Shown: positions 49,101-63,395, counted from the stretch's first letter. The stretch is 64,000 nt of DNA from Eledone cirrhosa (GCA_964016885.1 OZ024744.1:67580001-67644000), one strand, 5' to 3'. Made by a program: numbers and translations. The notes: generated from the sequence alone by a model not told the origin.

Positions 49101-51400
49101 ATACGCACAACCACACAACCACACAACCACACAACCACACAACCACAAAACCACACACACAACCACACAACCACACAACCACACACACAACCACACAACC
49201 AGACACACAACCACACAATCACACAACCATACACACAACCACACAACCACACAACCACACAAACACACACACAACCACACAAGCACACAACCACACACAC
49301 AAGCACACACACAACCACACAACCACACACACAACCACACAACCAGATACACAACCACACAACCACACAACCACACACCACACAACCACACAACCACACA
49401 ACCACACAACCACAAAAGCACACAACCACACAACCACACAAACACACACACAACCACATAACCATACACAAAACCACACAACCACACACACAACCATACA
49501 CACAACCACACACACAACCACACACACAACCACAAAACCACACAACCATACACACAACCACACAACCATACACACAACCACACAACCACACAACCACACA
49601 ACCACACAACCATACACACAACCACACAACAACACAACCACACACCACACAACCACACAACCACACAACCACACAATCACACAACACACACACAACCACA
49701 CAACCACACCACACAATCACACAACCACACACTCTGACACAACCACACACACACTGACACAACCACACAACCACACAACCACACAACTGCACACACAACC
49801 ACACAACCACACAACCACACACACAACCACAAAACCACACAACCACACAACCACACACACTGACACAACCACACAACCAAAACCACTGACACAACCACAA
49901 AACCACACAACCACACAACCACACAACCAACCACATAACCACACAACCACACAATCACACAAACACACAACCACACAAACACACAACCACACAAACACAC
50001 AACCACACAAACACACAACCACACAACCACACACACAACCACACACAACCACACAACCACACACACAACCACACACAACCACACAACCACACACACAACC
50101 ACACAACCAACCACACAACCACATAACCATACAACCACACAACCACACACACAACCACACAACCACACCCACAACCACACCCCCAACAACACAACCATAC
50201 ACACAACCACACAACCACACAACCACACAACCACACAACCATACACACAACCACACAACCACACAACCACACACAACCACACAACCACACACACAACCAC
50301 ACAACCACACACACCACACAACCACACAACCAACCACACAACAACATAACCATACAACCACACAACCACACACACAACCACACAACCGTACACACAACCA
50401 CACAACCACAAAACCACACAACCACACAACCACACAACCACACAACCATACACACAACCACACAACCACACACAACCACACAACCACACCGACAACCACA
50501 CAACCACACAACCACACAAACACACAACCACACAAACACACAACCACGCAAACACAACCACACACAACCACACAACCACACAAACATACAACCACACAAC
50601 CACACAAACATACAAATACACAACCACACACACAACCACACAACCACACACCCAACCACACACCCACACAACCACACACACAACCACACAACCACACAAC
50701 CACACACACAACCACACAACCACACAACCACATACAACCACAAAACCACACAACCACACAACCATACACACAACCACACAACCACACAACCACACCCCAA
50801 ACAACACAACCACACAACCATACACACAACCACACAACCACACAACAACACAACCACACACCACACAACCACACAACCACACAATCACACAACACACACA
50901 CAACCACACAACCACACCACACAACCACACAACCACACACACTGACACAACCACACACACACTGACACAACCACACAACCACACAACCACACACTGACAC
51001 AACCACACAACCACACAACCACACAACTGCACATACAACCACACAACCACACAACCACACACACAACCACAAAACCACACAACCACACAACCACACACAC
51101 TGACACAACCACACAACCAAAACCACTGAGGCAACCACAAAACCACACAACCACACAAACACACAACCACACAAACACACAAACACACAACCACACACAA
51201 CCACACAACCACACAAACATACAACCACACAACCACACAAACATACAACCACACAACCACACACACAACCACACACCCAACCACACACCCACACAACCAC
51301 ACACACAACCACACAACCACACAACCACACAACCACAACCACACAACCACACAACCACACATACAAAACACACACACAACCACACAACCACACACACACA
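46150..51400. repeat. (AACCACAC)n octamer-based satellite, ~5.2 kb
   Basis: Continuous degenerate CACAACCA units with recurring variant blocks. Confidence 0.95.
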
Positions 51401-51514
51401 GACATGTAGAAAACTGTGATATGATGATTGAAAAAAACACAACAAATCAATAAACAATAGTTTTCCATTTTGTTGCTTCTTCTCAGCCTCCATGTTTTGT
51501 TTATTGGTATTGGT

Positions 51515-51570
<56 letters not shown>

Positions 51571-51736
51571 GGTTATTGTGGTTGTGGTTGCTGATGTTGT
51601 TGTTGATGTTGTTGTTGCTGTTGCTGTTGCTGTTGTGGTTGTGGTTGTGGTTGTGATTGCTGAGGTTGATGTTGTTGTGGTTGTGGTTGTCGTGGTTGTT
51701 GTTGTGGTTATTGTGGTTGTGGTTGTGGTTGCTGAG

Positions 51737-51780
<44 letters not shown>

Positions 51781-51807
51781 GGTTGTGGTTGTAGTTGTGA
51801 TTGCTGC

Positions 51808-51853
<46 letters not shown>

Positions 51854-52007
51854 GCTGTTGTTGTTGTTGTTGCTGTTGTTGTTGCTGTTGTTGTGGTTAT
51901 GGTTATTGTGGTTGTGATTGCCGCTGTTGTTGTTGTGGTTGTTGTTGCTCTTGTTGTTACTGTTGTTGTTGATGTTGTTGTGATGGTTGTTGTTGTTGTT
52001 GTTGCTA

Positions 52008-52040
<33 letters not shown>

Positions 52041-52068
52041 CTGCTGTTGTTGTTATTGTTGTTGTTGT
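51515..52068. repeat. (GTT)n degenerate trinucleotide repeat
   Basis: Directly visible. Confidence 0.92.
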
Positions 52069-52317
52069 TTCAGCCAAAAAATGTCTGTGTTGTGAGCTTA
52101 GGAAGTTTGCTTCACAATTGCGTCATTCCAGGTTTGCACGTTCTATCCGACAGCCTGCCAATTTTTGGTTCGGGCGTGTGGCGTGGGGGGCGGGGGCTAG
52201 TGGGTTGGGGAGGGGATGCGGTCGGGGGAGGGAGGTCAAATGTCTTCTACTATAGCTTCAGGTTGGCTGATAGCTAGCGAATGGAATTTGGTAGATGGAA
52301 ATTGTACAAAAGTCTGT

Positions 52318-52695
52318 CATACATACATAAACACAAACATATAATACACACACATACACACATACACACACATACATACACATACGCAAACATACACAAA
52401 CGTACACACACACATACACAAACACAAACGCACATATACATATACACAAACATACACACAAATATGCATATACACATATACATACACACAGAAACACATA
52501 CATACACTTACAGCAATACACATATACACACATTTACATGCATACACACATTTACACATATACTCACAAATGCAAACATGTACATGCACATACACATATA
52601 CACACACACAGAGAGACACTCGAACTCACACATGCACACACACAAATACATACACATACAAACATACACACACATGTACACATACACACACACAG
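52318..52695. repeat. (CA/TA)-rich microsatellite
   Basis: Directly visible. Confidence 0.9.
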
Positions 52696-53100
52696 AATAG
52701 TGTAACCATGGTAGGTTAAGGGTTTAGCACTTTTGGGGTCATTTTTGATGTGTATTGTGTTGTGTTTTTAAGGTGTGTTAAGAGCAATCTTTGGAACGTC
52801 AGCAGTCCGCCTGAGGAAGGAGCCCTGTGAGGGTGGGTGGGGGGCATTGTCCGCTGGTTGCACCCCAACACTAGCGCGCCCTTGGCCTAGAGCTCATCAC
52901 CCTCCCCATTCACCCTCCCCATTCTTCTATGACTCTAGAGCCCTTGCCTTATCCTTCCTTTTCCTTTTTCATAACCACAAAAGACATTTGCATTTTTTAC
53001 AATAACATATATATCTTATGTTGTTTATTACATAACTAAAAAGCTCTGTAGCCTACATAGAACACTCTCTTTTCCTTTACCTTTCCTATGGAAATACTTC

Positions 53101-53134
<34 letters not shown>

Positions 53135-53594
53135 TTCAACAAGTGAATGTGAAGGAAAGACTAAAAACCCAGGTTTTATTAAAAACTACACACTTACAAA
53201 AGTAGTAGTAAAAGGTTGGTATTGATTGACCTCTATCAGTTCCGATGATGTGTGTTCTCGTTCTTCAAACAATGGAACAGCATACTCTTGAAATTAACAT
53301 GCAAGTAGCTGACACAATTGCCCTTAACATAATTCTCAGGGAGATTCAGCATGACACAGTGTATGTAACGAGGTTGGTCCTTTGACTTACAGGAGCAATG
53401 TGTAATAAAGGATCTTACTCAAGGACACAGTGTATCACCAGGAATCGAACTAACAACATTATCATGAGTCAAATACACTAACCACTAAGCCTTCACAATA
53501 ACAACAGAAGCAGAGAAAAATAAGAAAGATTTATAGGTGATGAAGTGATGTTGTAGTATTCATACATTTCTCAATGTCATCAGGGTTATCTTAT

Positions 53595-54035
53595 CTTGGG
53601 TACACAGACAAAAAGGATAGCAGACTTTGTATGTAGCAGATGTACTTGGATAGTTGGTAATAAGAATGTCAGTGATATAAACCTTTCCCAATCCCAGAAA
53701 GGATCCACAGATGTAATTGATAGCTTCTGCTACCTTGATGATGTAATTAGCAGAGGAAGGGTTTGTCCTGAGAGCATAGTAACTAGAATAAGAACAAGAT
53801 AGAAAAAGTACAGGGAGCTACTACCTCTGTTGACAACAAAAGGATTTTCTCTGTGAATGAAAGGCCAGCTGTATGGTGCCTGTGTTTAACGGTGAGACAT
53901 GGGAAATGAATTCAGCAGATATGCAAAGACTAGAGAGAAATGAAGTTAGCATGCCTTGATAGATGTGCAATATTACTGTGTTTCAATGACAAAGCATGGA
54001 TAAAGTGATAGAAAAACTGGTTATAAAAGGAATCT
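53595..54035 (+). pseudogene. Old RTE LINE fragment
   Basis: DFVCSRC..IDSFCYL.DVIS.G..ESIVTRIR, homologous to 25095-25530. Confidence 0.7.
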
Positions 54036-54242
54036 GTAAATTTTTAGAACACCCACCTCGATTTCCTGTACATTTCCTGTACCCCAGTACATTACTGTTG
54101 CATTATTTTATTGACCCCATAAGGATGAAAAGCAAAGTTAACCTCGGCGGGATTTGAACTCAGACCATAAAGGGACGTAACTATGCTGGAAAGCATGGCG
54201 TCCAACCATCGACCGATACTGCCAATTAATACTGCCCTATTA

Positions 54243-54484
54243 TAATGATGATGTCGATGATGATGATGATGATAACAATGATGATAATGATGAATATGCT
54301 GATGATGATGATGATAATAATCATGATGATGATGATGATGAATATGATGATGATTAAGATGATGATAATGATGATGATGACGATGATGATGATGATAATG
54401 AATTAGACGACGACGATGATGTTCATGATGATGATAATGTTGACAATGAGGATGATGATGATGAATATGATGAAGATGACGATA

Positions 54485-54518
<34 letters not shown>

Positions 54519-54544
54519 CAACGATTATGATTATGACGACGATT

Positions 54545-54597
<53 letters not shown>

Positions 54598-54602
54598 AAT
54601 GA
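54243..54602. repeat. (GAT)n degenerate repeat
   Basis: Directly visible. Confidence 0.92.
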
Positions 54603-54696
54603 CACAAGCTGTCAGATTTGTCAGCTAGTTAGAGGATGGTTGGTGATGTTGTGGTGTTCATACCTTTATCAATGACATTAATGATATCCTGGAAGG

Positions 54697-55090
54697 GCGG
54701 TGGATTGGCAATATCGGTAGAGGGTCGGATGCCATGCTTTGCAGCATAGAGTTACGTCCCTTTATGGTCTGAGTTCAAATCTCGCCGAGGTTAACTTTGC
54801 CTTTCATCTTTACGGGGGTCGATAAAATAAAGTACCAGTAATACACTGGGCAAATTGCTGGCCTTGTGCCAAAAGTAGAAACAATTAATGATATCCTGGA
54901 TTGGCAGTATCGGTAGAGAGTCGGACGCCATGCTTTGACGCATAGAGTTACGGCCCTTTCCATTCTGAGTTCAAATCCCGCCGAGGTTAACTTTGCCTTT
55001 CATCTTTATTTACGGGGGTTGATAAAATAAACTTCCAGTAATGCACTGGGGTAATTGCTGGCCTTGTGCCAAAAAGTAGAAACAATTAAT
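54697..55090 (+). mobile_element. Head-to-tail dimer of the Meta-like SINE
   Basis: Two ~190-bp copies, with TTAATGATATCCT before, between and after them. Confidence 0.75.
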
Positions 55091-55317
55091 GATATCCTTA
55101 TGTACTTTAACAAAAATATAGATCTTTCAAGAAAGAATCAATAAAAGAACATCGGTAATATAGAACATTTTTACATTTTATGTAAAAATTCTTGTTCTTC
55201 TTGTTCTTCTTCTTGTCCCTTCTGCCTTCTGTATTCCATAGCTGTCTGTCTCGTGTCTTCCTCTTCTTCCATCTTCCCTTTTCTTAGTCCTTCATAATAT
55301 TGCATCGCAGCAGACAT

Positions 55318-55724
55318 TCTTCTTCTTCTTCTTCTTCTTCTTCTTCTTCTTCTTCTTCTTCTTCTTCTTTCTTTCATTGTTTCTTTCTTTCTTTCTTCTT
55401 CTTCATCTTCTGCTTTCTTCCTCCTTGGCTTCCACCAGCTCCACTACCACTACCACCACCACCACCTCCACAACTACTACCACCACTACCTTCACCACCA
55501 CCAAACCACCACCACCACCAACACCACCACCACCACCACCACCAACAACAACAACAACCACCACAACCGCCATCACCACCCCCACCATCATCACCATCTC
55601 CACCACTACCACTACCACCACCACCACCACCACCACCATCATCACTGTCACCATCACCTCCACCACTACCCCCCAACCACTACCACCACCATCACCACCA
55701 CCATCTCCACCACAACCACCACCA
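55318..55724. repeat. (TTC)n and (CAC)n repeats
   Basis: Directly visible. Confidence 0.9.
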
Positions 55725-56202
55725 TCTCTTCCGTCAGTTTACTTTACTTCTCTATGGCCAGTCTCTCATCATGTCTCCGCTGTTCATTTGATGATCTAAT
55801 TATTCCCACTTACTTGCCCTTCCATCTTCCCGCTTCTCTTCTCCTGTTTCCGGAACGGGGTGGGTTTTCCACCCTTCATTAGCATTACTCCCTTACAACT
55901 ATTCCTCACCTCCCTATGCTTCTCTTTCTCTCCCTTTCTTTCTCTCATGCATACTATATTTTCCACCTTAACTTATTGCTACCTATCTATCTATCTATCT
56001 TGATAGAGTAAGACACGCTTCACATCGGCTCCGCTATTCCATCGGGATTTACCCTTACTATTGTAAGTACCGGATAAATTTTTCAGTGCAACACATTTGG
56101 AACACTAACCCCTGTTATTTAGGGAAACATTTTTGCATTTACCCCCTTTTTAGGGGGTAAAATAAATATCTATTTTTGCCGAAAAATTTCTTTCTTGGCA
56201 GC

Positions 56203-58042
56203 ATGGCGGAAAAGATGGCAGACATGTCTGCCATTAGCTCTGCCACGCCCCCCAAGTCTGAAGAACAAAAAATAATTACAACAAAATTAGACAATGAAAA
56301 CAAACAAAGAAAATGAAAAAACAAATGTTAAGGAAAATGAGCAAACGGAAAACAAACAAACAGAAAATAATACAAATAACAACAGGGCAACTTTCGCCCA
56401 GAAAACAAAACAATCCATTACATACACACCAATTGACCTAACTGCCGCCAGAGAAAAACTGGCCGAAGCAAAGAAACACATTGTTTTGGGGGAGAACGGA
56501 ATGTTTTCCATTAACTCCCCCCCCAGAATTCAAGAAAGAAAGAACAGAGAACACAGTTCTCTTCAGAACTATACTGAACCAGACAAGAAAGCCAGCACAG
56601 CCCAGCCAAATGGAAATAGAGTTGGTCCTAAAAGACTATATGAAGAATATTCTCTTCATACGAAAGGACCGACTCTATGGCAGCATTTCGGTCTTAACAA
56701 AAGACAAGGAAACGGCGGAGAAGCTTTCCCTAAGCCCACTCTCATCGACAACATACAGCTTCTATCCCTCCTACATGGGTAGAAGAACACAGAGAGTAAA
56801 AGTAAAAACAATGCTGCCCACAATGGACTTCTGGTGGGCTATTGCTGGCTTCATAGACATGGGCGAAGACACAATGCTGTCAATGGGGAAGGCAACTGGA
56901 GATGCGTTCCTGGGAATGGGCCTCGACATACTAGTCCAAATGAGGCCCGAAAGAATAGCACAAATCCCGGATCGCATCTGGCTGGATGACCTTACCCCAA
57001 TAGACATAATTGTAGAGGGGAGAAGACCAGCATGCTATTTATGCATGGAAAGGGGACACGTTAAGGCTAACTGCCCGAAACGTATCCCCCAAAAAGGACT
57101 ATTGCCCACACCCACCACAAACAGTACACCAACACCACCCACCTCCAAAAATACACTAATACCACACACAGCAAACAAAATACAGACACCACCAACCACA
57201 AACACAACACAAACATCACCACCACCAGCACCAAACACAAACACGACACAAAAATCACCACCACCAACCACAACACAAACATGACCATCACCAACCACAA
57301 GCACGACACAAACATTACCACCACCACCACCACCACAAAACCCATTCCAAACAAATAATAAAAAAAACAGTAACAAATCTACCCCTCCCGCAAAAAAAAA
57401 ACAACCACACAACACGTCCCTCCCACCTAGCGCTGAAGAGTTTCCCCCAACTTCTGAAGAAGAAGGAGGAGAAGCCTTCAGACAAGTTAAAAGAAAAAAA
57501 AGAAAACACACACCCAGCACACCACAAATAACCCACACACAAACACCAACTCCAATCAAAAACACCCCACCCTCAACAAACAAAAATAAATCTGCGCCTC
57601 CCCTCTCCGAAACATTGACAGCATCACAAAAAAAGACGTTGCAATACACATATATAAATAAAGAAAACAAAAAACTGGTTAAATTAATAAACAATAACCC
57701 TATGGTGCAGACCGAAGGGCCAAACTTTATCTCAACAGAGAACTTCACCCATTTAAAAATGATAAAGGTCCCTCTGGACCTTTATCGTTCCTTAAAAGAA
57801 CAATTTAGACGGGACGTGAGCCCCCCCCCCCCTGTTTAAAACCGTTAAATCGCGTCCTCTTGAAAGATTTCCCCATAACCGCCCCTCTCCCTGACACAAC
57901 TCCAAATACCCCAACCCCACCACACACGGATACCCCCACACCACCACAAAACATCCCTCCACCCAACACACCTGATGCCATGGAAATTACACAACCCGGA
58001 GAGGTAGGTGCTTTTCTTTCTTCACTTTCAACACCAAAATAG
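56203..58042 (+). pseudogene. Tx1 ORF1 (gag-like, zinc knuckle, Thr/Pro-rich tail), interrupted
   Basis: ATGGCGGAAAAGATG start, VEGRRPACYLCMERGHVKANCP. Frame breaks near 56290, 56520 (C run) and 57830 (C run), and TGA at 57282. Confidence 0.8.
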
Positions 58043-58047
58043 ATCAA

Positions 58048-61000
58048 TTGAGAGTTGGCTGTTTGAACGCGCGTGGCCTGGGCTCAGCTTGGAAGCAAGC
58101 AAAGCTTCTAAATGACCTGAGGTCACAAAGTATAGATGTGATGGTTGTTTGCGAGAGTCGGATCAGCAGCGTGAGACAGCTGGCGCCCGCCTTCGATGAC
58201 TTTAAGATGCACGCATCTCTCTGTCAACCCGGAGGCGGGGGGGGGGGGGGGTTGCCGTACTGCTGGATAAACGTCTGGCTCTCGACGTACAGATTGTTCA
58301 CTCGGACCCGGGGGGTCGATTACTGGTGCTGGACGTCGGAGGCGGTGAAGGCGGGGCTTTCAGACTGGTCGGTCTTTATGCCCCCTTCGGGGTGGAAAGA
58401 GCCGACTTCTTCCAGCGTCTGGAGACTTTTCTAGGAACGTCGCGTTCCCTGCTTTTAGTGGGGGACTGGAATGGAATCCTAGATGCGCGTTGGGACTATG
58501 CAGGGGCATGTCCCGATAGAGGGGGGTGTAGCAGCCTCAAGGGGTTATTCGATCGATTCGACCTGGTCGATAGATTTCGACTAGATTGTCCAACTGCGCC
58601 AACCTGGACCTGGGCAAACCGCAGTGGACAATCTAGATCGTACCTAGATAGGTTTTTGGTTAGGAGTAAGGATAGGGACGTATTTAGTTGTCCAGAATTG
58701 ATCATGGTTGGCTATTCAGATCACAAATTAGTGACCTGCGTGGTCAACCTTGATAGAACGCATAGACAGGGTCCCGGTTACTGGAAGATGAACTTGTCCT
58801 TGCCGGCAAAGAAAGATTACAGAAACCGGATTAGTAGCTTAGTTAAGATGCGGTTGACGGGAGCGATCGTCAACAGTAGGTGGTGGGTATCTCTAAAGAG
58901 AGAGATTAGAGTAAGTTCGATAGGTTACAGTAAGGAACTAGCGGCGAATAGAAATAGGAAGGAAAGGGAGTTAACAGATAAACTAGAAGAGGCGATTAGG
59001 AGCGGAGACGTAGCCAGAGTGTTAGCGGTGAGAACGGCGTTGAGCCAGTTCTTTGACGCGAAGCACGAAGGCTGCGTTGTCCGAAGTAAAATACGTGCTT
59101 TAGGAAACGAGGGGACCAAAGCTGTTAGCTGGGCCCGCGTGACAGAAGCCAAGAGTGGGATTAAATCCACCATTCGGTCTTTGCGAGACCAGGATGGACG
59201 GGTGATCCTTGAACCTGAGCGGATGTGCGAGGCCTTTCAAAGGCACTTTGCTCGACTGTTCGGAGGGGGCGGGGGGCCGGACGGGGATGTGGACTTCGGT
59301 CCATACCTCGACGGTCTACCGCGTCTTTCGAGCAGCGAAGCGGAGTGCTGCGAAAGGTCAATCACAGCCACTGAAATCGGGGAAGCGCTCAGCCAATGCA
59401 GCAGACGCAAATCCCCGGGTCTCGATGGTCTACCATACGAATTTTATTTAGCTATGCCGGTCTTGTTCTCCGAACTCCTCGAGGCTGTCTATTGCAACTG
59501 GCAACAGAACGGGAGAATTCCCTGTTCTGTGACCAAGGGCGTGGTCACGCTAGTGAGGAAGGACGAGAGCAAGGGGGACGACTTAAGTAACTTTAGGCCC
59601 ATAACTCTGCTGAATGCAGAGTTACAGATTTTGGCCAAGGTGTTGGCGAAGAGGTTGGCGCTTGTGGTGGGTGGTTTGGTGGGAGACGCGCAGACATGCG
59701 CTATCCCGTCCAGGTCCATTCACGACAACCTCCACCTCATGCGATACATCATAGAGAGGGTTGGCAACGAACCCGGCTTTGGTGGGGCCCTGATCATTTT
59801 GGCTCAATCTAAGGCGTTCGATAGGGTCGACCATGGTTACCTGGATGCGGTGGTAGCGGCGGCGGGCTTCGGACCCGTTTTCAGGGGCTGGATTTCTGCC
59901 ATGCACAGTGGCAACATCTACTCTAGGATTAAAGTAAACGGCTACCTCTCGGAGCCGTTTCAAATCACCCGATCCATCAGACAGGGGTGCCCCCTCTCCT
60001 CCCTTCTGTACGTATTGACTCTCGAGCCACTGCTGCGGAAGTTGGAGTTGCTGCGGGGCATACCCCTGGAACCGGGATTGCACAAAGCGGTCTCGGCCTA
60101 TGCCGACGACGTAACAGTAATGGTGGCGGACGCCTCGGAAATCGGGGCGATCGCCACCCTACTGGAGGAATACGAAAGGCTGACGGGGGCTAGGCTGAAC
60201 CAGGACAAGTCAGTCGGTTTGCAACTCGGAACGTGGAGGGGCAAACCGATGCCGTTAGACGGTGTCGTCGGGCGGTGGACGGAGGGCCCGGTGAAGCTGC
60301 TCGGGGTCTGGTTCGGACCGGACCTCCAGGTGGAGAAGAATTGGGGCGAGGTGACGAGCAGGGTGTTTGCGCTGACCCAGAAGTGGGCCAAGTGCAAACT
60401 ATCACTGAAAGGTCGGGCGGAGGTGACGAACGCTTACACAGCGTCCGTCATCTACTACCGCCTGACCGTCGTGCCTTGCCCCAAGGAAAAGCTCACCATC
60501 ATGGAACGCATGCTCTTCCAGTTCCTCTGGAAGAAGCGGCCTCCCATGGTGAGGAGATCCATCTGCTGCCAGCACCCTTCGAAAGGAGGGCTGGGTATGC
60601 CGTGGCTGTTGATGCGTAGGCACGCGCTGAGGCTACGGCATCTACAGGTATTCCTCAACGGTCAGCCGGTGTGGGCCCCGTTTGTGAGGCGAGCCTTCCC
60701 ACAGCTCGTCTCGCTCACCGAACTGCAATCCTGGGTGAAGCAAAGACCGAGAAAACTGGGCAACTGGCACACCGAGTGTGCCCAGGCGCTCACGGCTATC
60801 TGGCAAGCGGACCCGACTGTCAGTGGAGAATCCACCTCGACATTCTATAGAGGGTTGGTGGCTAGCAGGGGCGACGACACCCTTGGAGAGTCGCTAGGCA
60901 TGGAGGAGGACGAACTGGCCAGCCTGTTCGGTAGAACTTTCGGCCCGGGACCCATGGACAACTTCCAGAGGTCCCTAGCCTGGCAGTGTTACCGGGGGGT

Positions 61001-61480
61001 CTGCCCGTTCGAGAAAAGCTCTACAGACACGGGCGCCCGGGCAGGGATCCCGCGAAAAAGATCTGTCCCAGATGCGTGCGCGACGAGGAAACCGTTGCGC
61101 ATGCACTGGTACACTGCCCGGGCGTTGCCGATCTGTGGGGCTACGTCGAACGACTGCTGTCGCGTGTGGCGCCGATTCGATTAACCGCCGAGTCTGTGGT
61201 GAACATCAAGCCGCCTCCTCCCTTCAGAAATGAAGCAGAGGCGGTCTTTCTGTGCGTAATAGCCATGATGAAAGAGGTTGTGTGGTGGACGCGCCTGAAA
61301 GGTCTGAGGTCGGGTGACTTTCTCTCCGGCCATCACCTGGTTTACTTCTTCCGATACCACTTCGGAAGAAGGATCAGGATGGAGAGAGAAGTGCTTGGTC
61401 CCAGACAGTTTTATGAAAGGTGGGTGAAAGAAACGAGAATGGCCCGTGTAAATGTGCCTTCTCTCTACATTGTTCTGTAG
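58048..61480 (+). pseudogene. Tx1 ORF2 (AP endonuclease + reverse transcriptase + C-terminal zinc knuckle), two frameshifts in G runs
   Basis: CLNARGL, GLYAP, GDWN, SYLDRF, SDH, KSPGLDG, FRPITLLN, KAFDRV, RQGCPLS, AYADD, CPRC..EETVAHALVHC. Breaks at ~58245 and ~60997. Confidence 0.92.
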
Positions 61481-61712
61481 GTGAAGAAGTGAAGAGGAAA
61501 GGGGGAGCGCCTCCTCTCTGGGCTTCCCCCGCGAAAAGAGTTGCACACTTTTCGGGGGTATGTGCAATCCCCAACACGCCCCCTCCCTTTTGAGGACTTT
61601 TTATTGTTATATTATTATTGTTATTCCTTTTTTTCTTTACTCGATTTATGTAAACTCCCCCACTGTGTAAATGTCCCCTTCTTTTGTGCCCTCGTGGCAA
61701 ATAAATAGAAAT

Positions 61713-61744
<32 letters not shown>

Positions 61745-61761
61745 ATATCTATCTATCTATC

Positions 61762-62126
61762 TTTAAGTATCACTTTAGAAGGAGAATCAGGGTGGAGAGA
61801 GAGGCACTGCACCCCAGTAAATTTACTGAAAGGTGGGTGAATGAAGCGAAAATGGCCCGAGTGATTGGGCCTTCTCTGTTTATAAGCCTGTAGGTTGAGG
61901 AAGAGAGCAAAAGGAAGAAAGGAGCACTTGCACAACACGCTCCTTGAGTTGAGGGTTGTTCTATCGACGGGGTATTAAACAACCCATTTGTGGCGCCTCC
62001 CCCCTATTGGGGATTTCGATTGTTGAAATTGTTTGTTTTTATATTTTTTACACGACTGTATGTAAAATCCCCGGCATGTCTTTGTATTGTCCCCTTTCTT
62101 GTTGCGCCCTTGTGGCTAATAAAGAA

Positions 62127-62127
<1 letters not shown>
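61762..62127 (+). mobile_element. Tx1 5'-truncated copy 2
   Basis: ORF2 end and 3'UTR homologous to 61345-61711, with (TATC)n on both sides. Confidence 0.85.
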
Positions 62128-62192
<65 letters not shown>

Positions 62193-62223
62193 TTATCTAT
62201 CTACCTATCTATCTATCTCTATC

Positions 62224-63395
62224 GGGGTCTGGTTTGGTCCGGACCTCCAGGTGGAGAAGAACTGGAACGAAGTGACGGCCAAGGTGTTTGCACTCACCCA
62301 GAAGTGGGCCGAGTGCAAACTATCCTTGAAAGGTCGAGCGGAGGTGGCGAACACTTTTATAGCGTCCGCCATCTACTACCGCTTGACCGTCGTGCCTTGT
62401 CCAGCCAAAACGCTCGCCAAAATGGAGCGCACGCTCTTCCAATTCCATCGAATGTGCTCAGGAGCTCACAGCCCTCTGGCAGGCGGACCCGGCGATCAGT
62501 GGAGACTCCACTTCGTCATTCTATATGGGGTTGATCCGCAGCAAGTGCGACGACGCGCTCGGTGAAACTCTAGGCGTAGAGGAAGATGAACTGGCCAGTC
62601 TGTTCGGTAGGACCTTCCGCCCGGGACCGATGGACAACTTCCAAAAGTCCCTGGCCTGGCAGTGCTACCGAGGAGCTCTACCAGTTCGAGACAAGCTCTA
62701 CAGACATGGGCGCCCGGGCAGGGACCCTGCAAAAAAGATCTGTCCGAGGTGCGTGCGAGACGAAGAAACCGTTGCCCACGCATTCATACACTGCCCGGGC
62801 GTCACTGACCTGTGGGGCTATGTAGAACGACTATTGTCGCGGGTGGGACCAATCCGGTTGACCACCGAGTCCATTGTCATGATCAAACCGCCACCCTCCT
62901 TCAAAAACGAAGGAGAGGCGGTTTTCCTTTGTGTGATAGCTATGGCGAAAGAGGTTGTATGGTGGACAAGGTTGAAAGGGCTGAGGTCAGACACCTTTCT
63001 CTCCGGCCAACAACTGATTCTTTTTTTCAAATACCACTTTGGAAGAAGAATCAGGATGGAGAGAGAGGTGCTGTACCCCAGCAAGTTTTATGAAAGGTGG
63101 GTGAAAGTGGCGAGAATGGCCCGAGTGAATGGGCCTTCTCTCTATATCAGCCTGTAGGTTGAGGAAAAGGAGGAGGAGAGGAAAGGAGTACAAACTCTTC
63201 GTACTCCTGGAGATGAGGGTTTCACATTTTTTCGGGGGTATGTGTTACCCATATAAACTGTCTCCTCCTATTGGGGAAAATCGACTAATTTTTTTAATTG
63301 CATTTGTGATAACATTTTACACGTTTTTATTGTATGTAAACTTGCCCCTTTGTGTTTGTCCCCTTCTTTTGTGCCCCTGTGGCTAATAAAGAAAC
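62224..63395 (+). mobile_element. Tx1 5'-truncated copy 3 with internal deletion
   Basis: Starts GVWFGPDLQVEKNW, jumps at ~62446 from FQF to ECAQ, has an intact C-terminal frame and 3'UTR. Confidence 0.88.

Larger units (their letters stand above)
56001..61711 (+). mobile_element. Apparently full-length Tx1 (L1-clade) non-LTR retrotransposon in (TATC)n
   Basis: 5'UTR, ORF1 with CCHC, ORF2 with APE/RT/zinc knuckle, AATAAA near the end. (TATC)n at 55984-56000 and 61715-61761. Confidence 0.92.

Noticed and set aside
46150-51400. Telomeric repeat array
   Set aside because: The unit is not TTAGGG-like, is degenerate and lies internally.
45980-52255. Very long ORFs (up to 830 aa) of V/W/L/C/G or T/H/N/Q/P
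   Set aside because: Translations of the stop-free AACCACAC and GTT repeats, open in many frames, with no domain content.
55171-55320. Small acidic ORF MSAAMQYYEGL...
   Set aside because: Purine-rich low-complexity sequence next to (AAG)n, with no recognisable homology or splice support.
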